Numbered from the stretch's first letter, positions 1 through 9,565 are shown. The stretch is 64,000 nt of DNA from Vicinamibacterales bacterium (GCA_050183995.1 JBFXAT010000003.1:48616-112615); one strand, 5' to 3'. The notes: generated by a model not told the origin, from the letters alone. Numbers and translations: made by a program.

Positions 1-526
1 GTTCCGTGTCCGCGCCGTCTCTGAGCAGTCCGGCAATCGGATCGGCGTCGATCGTTTCCGCCTGCGGCGCGTCGAAGAAGCTGAACCCGCGCTCGATGCC
101 GGTCCCGGGCCGCAGAAGCCACGACGAGACGGCCGCGCCGGTCGAGTACCCGCGGTCGCGCAGGAGCTCCGCGATCGTCCGCGCCGATCCCGACAAGGTC
201 TGGCCGGCCGAGTCGCGAACGCCGTTCTCGAAGGGAAGCCGTCCCGTGAGCATCGCCGCGTGGGCGGGGAGCGTCTGGGGGACATGTGAATAGGCGCGCT
301 CGAACAGTACGCCGTCGGCGGCGAGCCCGTCGATTGCCGGTGTCCGCGCGGGCTCGTACCCATACGCACGCAGCCGATCCGCGCGCAGCGCATCGACGGA
401 GACAAGGACGATGGGGCCGTTCACCGGCGCCGAGGCGCGCGCGAACCGCCAACCGCTCACGGCGGCGAGGACGGCGCACATGGCGGCGGTGGCGAGAATG
501 AAGGTGGACCGAAGAGGGCGCGGCAA
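1..526 (-). CDS. Alkaline-phosphatase-superfamily (sulfatase-like) protein, N-terminal part; the gene runs off the window start
   Basis: Own minus-strand translation; the ORF is absent from the track because it has no stop in the window. It reads ...FILATAAMCAVLAAVSGW...IVLVSVDALRADRLRAYGYEPARTPAIDGLAADGVLFERAYSHVPQTLPAHAAMLTGRLPFENGVRD..., a sulfatase-type N-terminal core after a signal-like segment. The start is TTG at 526 (directly after the TAG of the upstream gene) or ATG at 481. Confidence 0.75.
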   Translation of the reverse strand, partial: MPRPLRSTFILATAAMCAVLAAVSGWRFARASAPVNGPIVLVSVDALRADRLRAYGYEPARTPAIDGLAADGVLFERAYSHVPQTLPAHAAMLTGRLPFENGVRDSAGQTLSGSARTIAELLRDRGYSTGAAVSSWLLRPGTGIERGFSFFDAPQAETIDADPIAGLLRDGADTE

Positions 527-1468
527 CTATCTGTTCACGGTTTCCAGGATCGTGTGAGCCGTTCGGGCCTCGGGCGCGTCGGGGTCCACCTCCTTGGCAT
601 GGAGGAGCAGGCGAGTGGCGGTTTCCTTCTCGCCTCGCGCGAGCGCCTGTTCGCCCATTCGCAGGAGCGGCTTGGCCCAGTTCGGATCCGCCGCCGCCGC
701 CTTTTCGAACCAGCCCGTCGCCGCGCCTGTGTCGCCCGATTCCAACCGGATCTCGCCGAGCTGATAGAAGAGCTCGCGCGTGCCCTCGTTGCGCTCGAGA
801 AAGCTCGTGAGCAGGGATTCGGCGCCGGCCGTATCGCCGCGATCGCGCAGCGTCGACGCCATTTCGACCGTCGCGCGCGCGTGCCCGGGGTCGATGTCGA
901 GGAGGGCGCGATAGGCGGCCAGCGCGGCATCCGGATTCTGAAGCCGGCGGTAGGCCGCGGCAATCTGCAGCCGGATGGAGGTCAGCACGGGCGTGCGGTC
1001 GAGAATCGCTTGGTACGCGGCCACCGCCTCCTGCCAGCGTTCATTCGCGAACAGCCGCTCGGCTTCATCGAAGTCGCGCTGCAGATCCTTCGCGCTCACG
1101 CCGCCCAGCGCGCCGGCGTGGGCGGACCCGCTGCGGCGCAGGACGAAGGTCATCGTGCGGTTCGGCGAGCCCAGACGGACCATCATGTCGCCGCCCTCGT
1201 CGGTGTATCCGGGCGCGGCCGCGACGAACGTCCACACGCCGCCGCGCAGCGCAATCATCGCGTAGCGCCCCTTGGCGTCGGTCGTCGCCGTAAGAGTCTG
1301 GCCGACGGCGGGATTTTGTGCGGTGACCGTCGCGCCCTTCAGCGGCTGCCCGTCTTCGTCGACGACGGTACCGAAGATCCGGCCGTTCTGGGCGGCTGCC
1401 GGCCCGGACAGCAGAATGCCGGCGAGCGCCGTGGCGGAAATCCGTCCGAGGAGGCGATGGTGCGGCAT
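527..1468 (-). CDS. Secreted CarboxypepD_reg-like domain plus TPR-repeat protein
   Basis: Part of ORF 527..1588. The chosen start is MPHHRLLGRISATALAGILLSGPAAAQNG at 1468, with AGGAG 6 nt upstream. GRIFGTVVDEDGQPLKGATVTA...KGRYAM is a carboxypeptidase-regulatory-like beta-sandwich, followed by TPR-like helical repeats. Confidence 0.8.
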   Translation of the reverse strand: MPHHRLLGRISATALAGILLSGPAAAQNGRIFGTVVDEDGQPLKGATVTAQNPAVGQTLTATTDAKGRYAMIALRGGVWTFVAAAPGYTDEGGDMMVRLGSPNRTMTFVLRRSGSAHAGALGGVSAKDLQRDFDEAERLFANERWQEAVAAYQAILDRTPVLTSIRLQIAAAYRRLQNPDAALAAYRALLDIDPGHARATVEMASTLRDRGDTAGAESLLTSFLERNEGTRELFYQLGEIRLESGDTGAATGWFEKAAAADPNWAKPLLRMGEQALARGEKETATRLLLHAKEVDPDAPEARTAHTILETVNR

Positions 1469-1503
1469 GGCAGGACTCCTGACGAACCCCGCCAGTATAT
1501 ACC

Positions 1504-1929
1504 CTAGAAAAGCCAGGTCGGCTGGTAGAGCAGCACGTACACGAGGACCCCGGTCACCGACACGTAGAGCCAGACCGGAAAGGTCCACCGCGCCACGCGC
1601 CTGTGCTGAGCGAAGCGGCCCTTGAGGCCGCGCGTGAGCGTCACGAGCGCCATCGGCAGCACGACCGCGGCGAGGCAGACGTGCGTGATCAGAATCGTGA
1701 AATACAGCGGCCTGACGAAGCCCTGTCGTGTGAAGGGCACCGAGCCCACCTGCGCGTGATAGATCACGTAGCAGATCAGGAAGAGCGTCGAGGCGCCGAA
1801 CGCGGCCAGCATGAGCTGTCGATGCTGCTCGATCCGCCCGGCCTTGATGTGCCGGAAGCCGATCAGGAGCAGGATCCCTGACGTTGCATTGAGCACCGCG
1901 TTGACGGCGGGAAGGTCGTGTACGGTCAC
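1504..1929 (-). CDS. DUF420 (CtaM-like) membrane protein associated with aa3 oxidase maturation
   Basis: Only the last 141 aa of the chimeric 456-aa ORF look protein-like (VTVHDLPAVNAVLNATSGILLLIGF...WTFPVWLYVSVTGVLVYVLLY, four hydrophobic helices). The GTG start at 1929 lies 5 nt after the ctaB stop. Confidence 0.75.
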   Translation of the reverse strand: MTVHDLPAVNAVLNATSGILLLIGFRHIKAGRIEQHRQLMLAAFGASTLFLICYVIYHAQVGSVPFTRQGFVRPLYFTILITHVCLAAVVLPMALVTLTRGLKGRFAQHRRVARWTFPVWLYVSVTGVLVYVLLYQPTWLF

Positions 1930-1934
1930 AGGAA

Positions 1935-2840
1935 TCAGTGGTCGAGGACCATCGCCGCCCAGATGAGCGGAAGGTACGTGATCGAACCGAAGAACAGCGC
2001 GCGCGCCGAGCTCTCGGTGCGCGACCACGCGAATCGCGCGGAGAGACCGATCATGGCGATCCCCAGCGCCAACGCTATCCAGAAATACACCCAGCCTGCG
2101 AGCCCGACGACGCTTGGACCGATGCTGACCGGCAGCAGCGCGATGGAATAGAGCAGCGCCTGTTGCCCCGTGCGGAGCCCGTCCGGATCGACGACCGCCA
2201 GCATGGGGAAGCCGGCCGCACGGTAATCGTCCCGATACATCCACGCGATCGCCATGAAGTGCGGAATCTGCCAGAGAAAGACGATCGCGAAGAGGGTCCA
2301 GCCGCCGAGCGAGACGTCGCCGCGCGCGGCGGCCCAGCCGATCACCGCCGGCAGCGCGCCGGGGACGGCGCCGACCAGCGTCGACAACGGCGAGGTGCGC
2401 TTCATCGGCGTGTACACCAGCAGGTATATCGCCAGCGTCCCGAACGCGAGCAGGCCGGCCGTCCAGTTGGCGGCGACGGTCAGCAGCAGCAGTCCCGCGA
2501 GTGACAGCAGCAGCCCGAAGATGGTGGCGTCTCCGGGGGCGACGCGATGATCCGGCAGCGGCCGCAGGCGTGTCCGGCGCATGCGTGCGTCGGTGTCGCG
2601 CTCGTAGACCTGGTTCAGGACGGCGGACCCGCCGGCGACGAGCGCGGTGCCCACCACGGCCTGCGCCATGTGCACCAGGTTCGGCGACTCCCAACCGCCC
2701 AGATAGTAGCCGGCGGCGCTCGTCAGGACGACCAGCAGGTTCAGCCGCGGCTTCGTGAGCGCGGCGTAGTCGCCGATCGCCGCGGATCGGCGCGACTGTG
2801 CGAGTGGGCCGTCGGCGAGATCGGCCCCGGCGTGTTTCAC
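1935..2840 (-). CDS. ctaB: Protoheme IX farnesyltransferase (heme O synthase)
   Basis: Shows LTKPRLNLLVVLTSAAGY...YERDTDARMRRTRLRPLP...PHFMAIAWMYRDDY, the UbiA-family heme O synthase motifs. The GTG start at 2840 forms a GTGA overlap with the ctaA stop. Confidence 0.9.
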   Translation of the reverse strand: MKHAGADLADGPLAQSRRSAAIGDYAALTKPRLNLLVVLTSAAGYYLGGWESPNLVHMAQAVVGTALVAGGSAVLNQVYERDTDARMRRTRLRPLPDHRVAPGDATIFGLLLSLAGLLLLTVAANWTAGLLAFGTLAIYLLVYTPMKRTSPLSTLVGAVPGALPAVIGWAAARGDVSLGGWTLFAIVFLWQIPHFMAIAWMYRDDYRAAGFPMLAVVDPDGLRTGQQALLYSIALLPVSIGPSVVGLAGWVYFWIALALGIAMIGLSARFAWSRTESSARALFFGSITYLPLIWAAMVLDH

Positions 2841-3847
2841 GCTCGAGCCCTCGAGTCCGCGTGAGAGTGTCCAAGCGGCGGCGCGGAGCCGCCGATCGAT
2901 TCCGTCGAGACGTGCGCCGGACCGGTCGCGAACCGCGTCCGCCAGCTCCGCAGCGTGATCACCACCGACGTCGCGAGCACGAGCGCACCGCACACCAGGT
3001 GCACGCTGTTGATCCACACGTCGCGGCGGCTGAGCACCGTCAGTGCCCCGAGCGTCACCTGCACGGCGACGAGCACGAGGATCGCGGCTGCCGGTCTGGT
3101 GAGCGTGCGGCATCGGGGATGGTGATAGAACACGTGGCCCGCCGTCGCGAGCACGCCCAGGGTCACGACCAGCGCGCCCATCCGATGCGCGAAGTGGATC
3201 GCGATCTTCGCGTCCCAGTGGTCAGGGAGGAGTCCGCCGAACATCAGCGGAAAATCGGGAATCGCGAGGCCGGCGTCGCTGTGCCGCATTACGGCCCCGA
3301 CGAGCACCTGCAGATAAATCAGGCCCGTGGTCGTCGTCGCAACCAGCCGCAACATCTCATCGTCGGGCTCGCCGCTTCCGCGGAGCCATCCCGGCGACGT
3401 GAAGAGGGCGATCGCGACGGTCAGGCAGAAGAAGATCTCGGCGAGCCCCGCGTGTGCCGTCGAAATCGCGGTGGGAAGGAAGAACAGCACCGTCACGCCG
3501 CCGAGAACACCCTGCAGGATCACGGCGCCGAGGGCGACGAGACCCAGGCGGCGGATCCAGGCGCGCGGCTCGGCGAGCCAGAGCCACGCGGCCAGCACGA
3601 TGGTGAGGACGCCGACGCCGCTGGCGATCAGCCTGTGGCCGTGCTCGTAGAAGATGCCGCCGACCCACTTCGACGGCGGGAACGTGAACATGTTCCAGCC
3701 GTAGGACGTCGGCCAGTCGGGTACGGAGAGACCGGAGCCCGTGCTGGTGACGAGACTGCCCGCGAGCAGGAGAAGGACCGTGTAGCCCGCGACGAACTTC
3801 GCGTATCTGTGCAGCATCGTGATCGGACGGGTCCTGGCCCGCCGCAC
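2837..3847 (-). CDS. ctaA: Heme A synthase (COX15/CtaA family)
   Basis: Shows VTSTGSGLSVPDWPTSYGWNMF...YEHGHRLIA...HFAHRMGALV, a polytopic protein with paired His motifs. An alternative start is MLHRY at 3817. Confidence 0.88.
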   Translation of the reverse strand: MRRARTRPITMLHRYAKFVAGYTVLLLLAGSLVTSTGSGLSVPDWPTSYGWNMFTFPPSKWVGGIFYEHGHRLIASGVGVLTIVLAAWLWLAEPRAWIRRLGLVALGAVILQGVLGGVTVLFFLPTAISTAHAGLAEIFFCLTVAIALFTSPGWLRGSGEPDDEMLRLVATTTTGLIYLQVLVGAVMRHSDAGLAIPDFPLMFGGLLPDHWDAKIAIHFAHRMGALVVTLGVLATAGHVFYHHPRCRTLTRPAAAILVLVAVQVTLGALTVLSRRDVWINSVHLVCGALVLATSVVITLRSWRTRFATGPAHVSTESIGGSAPPLGHSHADSRARA

Positions 3848-3865
3848 CTTCCTCGTCCGCTGACC

Positions 3866-4666
3866 CTAGTCTGCTGACGCCGCAGGAGCCTTGAACGTGA
3901 AGGAAATCTCCTTCGTCTCATTCGGGCCGAGCGTGACCGATTGCGACGTCGTGCCCAGCTTCTCGTGCCACGCCTCGACGGTATAGGTGCCCGGCGGCAG
4001 CGACGGCAGCGAGAAGGTGCCGCTCGTGTCGGTGACGGCGAAGTACGGGTGATCGAGCACGCCGACGTAGGCGTTCATCCAGCCGTGGACGTCGCACTTG
4101 AACGGCACCATCACCTCGGGCGCGGTGAAGGTGTGCACCGTCTTCATACCCTGGATCGGCTGCCCGTTGTTGAACTCTCGGTTGTTCTTCGCCATCGCGT
4201 GGATGTTGTGCAGCGTCGGATCGCTGTTGACGATCTCGAGCGGCTGGCCGACGCGCATGCCGAACACGTGCGGGTGGTAGCGGCACTCCTTCTGATCGAT
4301 CTGCGCCGGCTCGGTCGGTGGCGGGAACGTGTAGTTGCCGAGCCCATCCTTGACGTAGACGAAGACGTTGCCCAGGGCGCCGTCGGGACCGACGACGTAG
4401 GTTTCCATGCTCTGCGGGCCGCTCGCCTGTCGAAGACAGATGGGATCGGCGTTCATCTTGATCTGCTCGTTTGCCGGCACCGTGCCGTCGACGGTGACGC
4501 GACCCTTGACCTCGCCGGCGGTCGCGCTGTCGAACGTCTGCCCACCCGCCCCTGGCGCCGCGGCTGCGGGCGACGACGACGCCGGGGCCGCAGGCTCCTG
4601 TCCGCCGCCGCACGCTGCTGCCGCCGCCATGACCAGCCCGCACACCCACACTCTCGCTAAACGCAT
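3866..4666 (-). CDS. Lipoprotein with a type-1 (blue) copper cupredoxin domain plus a C-terminal CarboxypepD_reg-like domain
   Basis: Lipobox LVMAAAAACGG. Candidate copper ligands are ...LHNIHAM... and FKCDVHGWM (C-x2-H-x2-M). The C-terminus reads TDTSGTFSLPSLPPGTYTVEAWHE. It is the first gene of the ctaA-ctaB operon. Confidence 0.75.
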   Translation of the reverse strand: MRLARVWVCGLVMAAAAACGGGQEPAAPASSSPAAAAPGAGGQTFDSATAGEVKGRVTVDGTVPANEQIKMNADPICLRQASGPQSMETYVVGPDGALGNVFVYVKDGLGNYTFPPPTEPAQIDQKECRYHPHVFGMRVGQPLEIVNSDPTLHNIHAMAKNNREFNNGQPIQGMKTVHTFTAPEVMVPFKCDVHGWMNAYVGVLDHPYFAVTDTSGTFSLPSLPPGTYTVEAWHEKLGTTSQSVTLGPNETKEISFTFKAPAASAD

Positions 4667-4782
4667 GAATCTCCCCCGTTTAATCTCGATTGCGGTTGGC
4701 TTTCATTTTACCCCACCGTTCGGTGCTCACCCCACCGCCTCAGTGCGACGCTGCCGCGCCGCGGCGATCCTCGCCGCTGGTT

Positions 4783-6201
4783 TCAGCGCGACGAGGCCGG
4801 CGCCTCTGCCGCAGCGGACGGTTTTCCCGCCGCCGCGACGAGCTTGCGCTCCACGCGGTCGGCGATCCAGTGCGGATCCCACCACTCGACAGGATTGACC
4901 GGCTGCCCGCGCACCAACATCGTGAAGTGAAGGTGATCGCCTCCGGCGAGCCCGGTCATGCCGCTGCGCCCGAGGGTTTGACCCTTCCGGACGCGATCGC
5001 CCACGCCGACGTCGATCGACGACAGGTGACCGTACAGCGACGCGACGCCCATCCCGTGATCGATGATGACGCAGTTGCCGTAGATGCCGAAATAGCCCGC
5101 CAGCACGACGCGTCCGTCGTTCGCGGCCATCACCGGAACGGCGGCCGTCACCGCGAGATCGAACCCGAGGTGCACCTGCTTGTCGATCTCCTTGCCCTTG
5201 TAGAGATAGGTCCGGCTGTCGGCGAAGCTCGCCTCCACTTGTGAGTTCCCGAGCTGCTTGAACGGGCCCTGCCAGAGGCGTGTGGGGTCGGAGTTCTCGG
5301 TGACCGCGGTGATCTGGGCGGCATTGTTGCGGCGGAGCTCGCCGTTCACCGCCAGGAACCCTGCCACCAGGTCGTTCGGATCCTGGATCGCCACTTCCGG
5401 AGCATGCGAGAGGATCTCGGGGACGACGCGCTGGAAGAAGCGATCGTCGACCGGGATCCGGCTCTGGCGGAACGCCTTTGGAAAGACCTGGTCGACGAAG
5501 GGGGCCTGCGCCTCGTTACCGGCGGCGTCGCGCGCGAAGGCGACGATCGGCGTATCGACGGGCTGATCGGGCAGCAGCGCGAAGAAGGCGACCTTCAGCG
5601 AAGGGTCGGCCCCCGACAGCCCGGCTCCGGAGGCCGGGAATCCTTTGTATTCAATCTTTCCGACGCGGACTCCGGATTCGACGTCCGCGGGCGTCGCGCG
5701 GTAGACGACCAGTTCCGACCCGCCCTGGTTCAGATAGTGTCGGGTCGAGATCACGGCGAGCTTCGGCGGCTCGAACATGACCTGGAATTGACGCCGCTCC
5801 GTGGTCTGCACGTCGCGGATGCGCAGGAACGACGTGCGTGTCGCCGTCACGACGGCCGTGGCCGTGCCGGCGTGGAGCTCCGGCAGCGCCGACTTGCCAA
5901 TCGGCACCGTCACGCGCAGGTGATCGGCGTCGAGACGCGAGGTCGAGCTCTGGCCCGGCTCGTGGAGGGCGAATACGCGGAACGATCGACCGTCCTGCTC
6001 GATCGTCGCGGTCAGATCCGCGAAGAGCGTTCGCGCCGCGCCTGCGGTGAACTGCAGCGTGCCTCGTTGGCCGACGGGGCCGTCAGGCTTCTCGATCGAA
6101 ATCGTCGGAGGAGTCGTCATGCCCGCCGCGACGTACCCGCCGCCCACCATCGCGAGGAGAAGAAAGAAGAGGAAGGCCACCCACCGGAACATAGACACCA
6201 T
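4783..6201 (-). CDS. M23 family metallopeptidase with an N-terminal membrane anchor
   Basis: C-terminal ...IDHGMGVASLYGHLSSIDVGVGDRVRKGQTLGRSGMTGLAGGDHLHFTMLVRGQPVNP is the LytM/M23 signature. The N-terminus has the FRWVAFLFFLLLAMVGGGYV transmembrane segment. Confidence 0.9.
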   Translation of the reverse strand: MVSMFRWVAFLFFLLLAMVGGGYVAAGMTTPPTISIEKPDGPVGQRGTLQFTAGAARTLFADLTATIEQDGRSFRVFALHEPGQSSTSRLDADHLRVTVPIGKSALPELHAGTATAVVTATRTSFLRIRDVQTTERRQFQVMFEPPKLAVISTRHYLNQGGSELVVYRATPADVESGVRVGKIEYKGFPASGAGLSGADPSLKVAFFALLPDQPVDTPIVAFARDAAGNEAQAPFVDQVFPKAFRQSRIPVDDRFFQRVVPEILSHAPEVAIQDPNDLVAGFLAVNGELRRNNAAQITAVTENSDPTRLWQGPFKQLGNSQVEASFADSRTYLYKGKEIDKQVHLGFDLAVTAAVPVMAANDGRVVLAGYFGIYGNCVIIDHGMGVASLYGHLSSIDVGVGDRVRKGQTLGRSGMTGLAGGDHLHFTMLVRGQPVNPVEWWDPHWIADRVERKLVAAAGKPSAAAEAPASSR

Positions 6202-6243
6202 GATAAGCAGTTTGCTAGTATTGGAGGTTCCTAAACGGCGGGC

Positions 6244-6318
6244 GCCGGTATCGTCTAGGGGTCAGGACACGTGGTTCTCAGCCACGGGACCGGGGTTCGA
6301 ATCCCCGTACCGGTACCA
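6244..6318 (+). tRNA. tRNA-Glu (anticodon CUC), with encoded CCA
   Basis: Hand-folded cloverleaf. Acceptor GCCGGTA/TACCGGT (G1-U72 wobble), D arm GTCT-AGGGGTCA-GGAC. Anticodon stem CGTGG/CCACG with loop TT-CTC-AG. T arm CGGGG-TTCGAAT-CCCCG, then discriminator A and CCA. Total 75 nt. Confidence 0.9.
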
Positions 6319-6344
6319 TTCTTCATAGATTCCCTCTCCACAAC

Positions 6345-6376
6345 AGCCTCGCGCGATGCGCGAGGCTTTGCTTTTT
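6345..6376 (+). terminator. Rho-independent terminator after tRNA-Glu
   Basis: Perfect 10-bp stem AGCCTCGCGC-gat-GCGCGAGGCT, followed by TTGCTTTTT. Confidence 0.85.
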
Positions 6377-6452
6377 CCAGGGGCGACTCGATCTTCCAGA
6401 GGCCACGCGGCGAGACCGGCGTGCCGGTCGGCGGGCTGGTCGGCAGCCGGCG

Positions 6453-7652
6453 CTAGCGGCGGCCGCGCACGCGCGCGAGGAGATCGCGCGCGCGCTCCGC
6501 CGACGCGCCGTCGCGATCGCTGTCGCCGAGCTGAGCCGCCGTGCGGAGGTGCGCCTCGGCGGCGGACGCGTCCGACTCCTGGAGCGCGAGCCGTCCGAGC
6601 TCGAGGTGCGTGCGCCCGTGCACCCATGCGCGTCCTTCACTGCCCAGCGCGCGCTGCAGGTCCGATCGGGCGTCGGCCGAGCGGCCCATCGCGAGCCGCG
6701 CGGATCCCCTTCTGTAGAACCACAACGCGTCTTCTCCGAACATGCGTGGGCGCCGGTCGCGCTCGAGCATGCGGATGCCCTCGCTCAGCACCGATTCGGC
6801 GTCCGATGCGCGATCCCATCGAAGGAGCGTCGATCCCTGCTCGAGCACGAGCAGGCGATTGCGGGGATACCGCGCCCGCAGGGCATCCAACTGGCGCATC
6901 GCGGCGTCGAATCGCTTCTCGCGCGTATAGATCAACAGAAGCGCGAGCCGCGCGTCCGACTGGTTGTCCCCTGGGTAAGCCGCCGCCCCCTCGAGCAGCC
7001 GCAGACCGCGCTCTCGGCCGCCTCCGAAGCCGGCCATGTACGCGAAGAGGCGCGCGGGCAGCGACATCGAGGCGACCAGATAGCGATACGTGCCGACGAT
7101 CAGGCCGGCGTCCGCGCGCGCCGGATCGATCGCGAGGACGGTCTCGTGCTCGTCGAACGCGTCGCGAGCCGCGCCGAGCGCGGCGAGCACGCCTCCGTCC
7201 ACCGTCGCGAGATACGACGCGCGGATGCCCAGTGCCGCGCCGAGCTCGTAGTGCGCCTGCGCGTCTCGAGGCCGTGCGACGGTGTTCTGCCGGGCGATCG
7301 CGATCGCCTTGCCGATCGACGCGTGGAACTCGCTGGCGATCGCGGCCGGGGGTGGCGGCAGCGTGACGTCGCGGCTCGCGACGCGTCCCAGATAGCTGTC
7401 CACGGTCATCGTCCCGCGCAGCATCCCGATGCGCGCGAGCAGGGCGCCGGCGAGCCCGCGATGTGCGGCAGCGTCTTGCGGGTCCGCCGCGATCGCCTCC
7501 CGGTAGGTCTGGATCGCACGGTCGCCGTCGAGGTCGAAGAGCTCGTGCGTCGCCCGCGCCCGCAGCACGCGCGACGTCTCGTTGGCCGAGGCGGTCGTCG
7601 TGGCGATCGCGACCGCCGCGATCAGCGCCGCCGCGGTGCGCAAGGCTCCCAT
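6453..7652 (-). CDS. Secreted TPR-repeat protein
   Basis: Signal-like N-terminus MGALRTAAALIAAVAIATTTASA, then repeated A/L/R-rich helical pairs (QTYREAIAADPQDAAAHRGLAGALL...). Confidence 0.7.
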   Translation of the reverse strand: MGALRTAAALIAAVAIATTTASANETSRVLRARATHELFDLDGDRAIQTYREAIAADPQDAAAHRGLAGALLARIGMLRGTMTVDSYLGRVASRDVTLPPPPAAIASEFHASIGKAIAIARQNTVARPRDAQAHYELGAALGIRASYLATVDGGVLAALGAARDAFDEHETVLAIDPARADAGLIVGTYRYLVASMSLPARLFAYMAGFGGGRERGLRLLEGAAAYPGDNQSDARLALLLIYTREKRFDAAMRQLDALRARYPRNRLLVLEQGSTLLRWDRASDAESVLSEGIRMLERDRRPRMFGEDALWFYRRGSARLAMGRSADARSDLQRALGSEGRAWVHGRTHLELGRLALQESDASAAEAHLRTAAQLGDSDRDGASAERARDLLARVRGRR

Positions 7653-7695
7653 ACGACTATCTTAGATGCGGAGGAGCGCCGTGCGTCCCGCGCGG

Positions 7696-7724
7696 TTGCG
7701 GCTCTCGCGTGTTGTGCCTACAAT
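7696..7724 (+). promoter_or_regulatory. Candidate sigma-70 promoter of the cox operon
   Basis: TTGCGG-N17-TACAAT in the divergent intergenic region, about 40 nt upstream of the ctaD start. Confidence 0.45.
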
Positions 7725-7765
7725 CGCGAGGACTGCCGCGTGTTCCACGCGGAAGGAGCCCTGCG

Positions 7766-9565
7766 TTGGATCACGTGGCGACGTCCGGCGGTGCGACGAG
7801 CGCGCGGCACCCTGTCGCGCCGCGCAGCGGCGGATTCTTCAGAACCTGGGTGTTCTCCCTCGATCACAAGATCATCGGGATTCAGTACGCGCTCACGTCG
7901 CTGCTGTTCCTGTTCTTCGGGCTCGTGCTGATGATGGTGCTCCGCTATCAGCTCGCGTACCCGATGACGCCGATCCCGCTGCTCGGGCGCTTCCTCAGCG
8001 ATGCGAACGTGGCCGGCGGGGTGATGCTGCCGGAGTTCTACAACCAGCTGGGCGCCATGCACGGCACCGTGATGATCTTCCTCGGGATCGTGCCGCTCGC
8101 CGTCGGCGGCTTCGGCAACTATCTGGTCCCGTTGCAGGTCGGCGCCAGCGACATGGCGTTCCCGAAGCTGAACATGATGAGCTACTGGTCCTTCCTGACC
8201 GGCGGGCTCATCATGCTCGCCAGCTTCTTCGCCCCTGGCGGCACCGCGCAGTCCGGCTGGACCTCGTATCCGCCGCTCGCCGACATCGCACCGCAAGGAC
8301 AGACGTGGTGGCTGATCGGGATGGTCTTCCTGATCACGTCGTCGCTGCTCGGATCGATCAATACGATCGTGACGATCGTCCAGCTGCGCGCCAAGGGCTT
8401 GACGTGGATGCGCCTGCCGTTCCTCGTCTGGGCACAGCTCGTCACCGCGTTCCTGCTGCTCCTCGCGTTTCCGCCCCTCGAATCGGCGGCCATCCTGCAG
8501 CTCATGGACCGAGTGGCCGGGACGAGCTTCTTCCTGCCGAGCGGCCTGGTCGTCAGCGGCCAGATCGTCACGTCGAGCACCGGCGTGGCGACCGGCGCGC
8601 TCGCAGCCGGCGGAGGCAACCCGCTGCTCTGGCAGCATCTGTTCTGGTTCCTCGCCCACCCGGAGGTGTACGTCCTGATCCTCCCCGCGATGGGCATCGT
8701 CGCCGAGGTCATCGCCAACAACACACGGCGCCCGCTCTGGGGCTATCGCTCGATGGTGTACGCGATCATCGTGCTCGGATTCCTCTCGATGACGGTGTGG
8801 GCCCACCACATGTACCTGACCGGGATGGGAACCACGCTCGCGGCATTCTTCCAGGCCACGACGATGATCATCTCGATCCCGTCGATCGTCGTGCTGACCT
8901 CGCTCCTGATGTCGTTGTGGGGCGCCTCGATCCGCTTCACCACGCCGATGCTGTTCGCGCTGGCGTTCCTGCCGATGTTCGGGATCGGCGGGTTGACGGG
9001 CCTGCCGCTCGGGCTCGCCCCGTCCGACATCCATCTGCACGACACCTACTACGTGATCGGCCACTTCCACTACATCGTGGCGCCGGGAACCATCTTCGCG
9101 CTCTTCGCCGGCATCTACTTCTGGTTCCCCAAGGTGACCGGGCGGTTCATGAACGACCTCCTCGGGCGGATTCACTTCTGGGGATCGTTCGTCTGCATGA
9201 ACCTGATCTTCATGCCGATGTTCGTCCAGGGGCTGGGCGGCATGAACAGGCGGCTCTACGACGGCGGCGCGCAGTACCTGCACAACGCGGATCTCCTCAA
9301 GTGGCACGTCGTGATCGGCCACTCGGTCTGGACGCTCGCGGCGTTTCAGGTCTTCTTCGTCGTAAACCTCCTCGTGAGCATCTGGCGAGGAGCGCCGGCT
9401 GGCGACAATCCCTGGCAGGCGACGACGCTCGAGTGGGCGGCACCCTCGCCGCCGCCCCACGGCAACTTCGTCTCGCAGCCGGTCGCCTACCGGGGCGCAT
9501 ACGAATACAGCTGCCCGGGGATCGACTGCGACTTCTCGCCCCAGTTCGAGGAGCACGCCGGCTGA
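7766..9565 (+). CDS. ctaD: Cytochrome c oxidase subunit I (heme-copper oxidase)
   Basis: Shows DHKIIGIQYALTSLLFLFFG...HGTVMIF...WQHLFWFLAHPEVYVLILPAMG...WAHHMY...HDTYYVIGHFHYIV. The track ORF starts at 7463, but that part overlaps the TPR gene. The chosen start is TTG 7766, with AAGGAG 7 nt upstream (alternative GTG 7775). Confidence 0.92.
   Translation: MDHVATSGGATSARHPVAPRSGGFFRTWVFSLDHKIIGIQYALTSLLFLFFGLVLMMVLRYQLAYPMTPIPLLGRFLSDANVAGGVMLPEFYNQLGAMHGTVMIFLGIVPLAVGGFGNYLVPLQVGASDMAFPKLNMMSYWSFLTGGLIMLASFFAPGGTAQSGWTSYPPLADIAPQGQTWWLIGMVFLITSSLLGSINTIVTIVQLRAKGLTWMRLPFLVWAQLVTAFLLLLAFPPLESAAILQLMDRVAGTSFFLPSGLVVSGQIVTSSTGVATGALAAGGGNPLLWQHLFWFLAHPEVYVLILPAMGIVAEVIANNTRRPLWGYRSMVYAIIVLGFLSMTVWAHHMYLTGMGTTLAAFFQATTMIISIPSIVVLTSLLMSLWGASIRFTTPMLFALAFLPMFGIGGLTGLPLGLAPSDIHLHDTYYVIGHFHYIVAPGTIFALFAGIYFWFPKVTGRFMNDLLGRIHFWGSFVCMNLIFMPMFVQGLGGMNRRLYDGGAQYLHNADLLKWHVVIGHSVWTLAAFQVFFVVNLLVSIWRGAPAGDNPWQATTLEWAAPSPPPHGNFVSQPVAYRGAYEYSCPGIDCDFSPQFEEHAG

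Noticed and set aside
1504-2874. The 456-aa ORF treated as a single gene; likewise the 392-aa, 700-aa, 828-aa, 756-aa, 634-aa, 587-aa and 556-aa track ORFs taken at full length.
   Set aside because: Only the C-terminal parts are protein-like. The upstream parts overlap neighbouring real genes in other frames. Internal starts with RBSs or ATGA/GTGA couplings give lengths that match the respective families.
6201-6453. tRNA-Glu as an integration hotspot or genomic-island boundary.
   Set aside because: No integrase, no direct repeat of the tRNA 3' end and no compositional shift is visible on either side. The flanks are ordinary genes.
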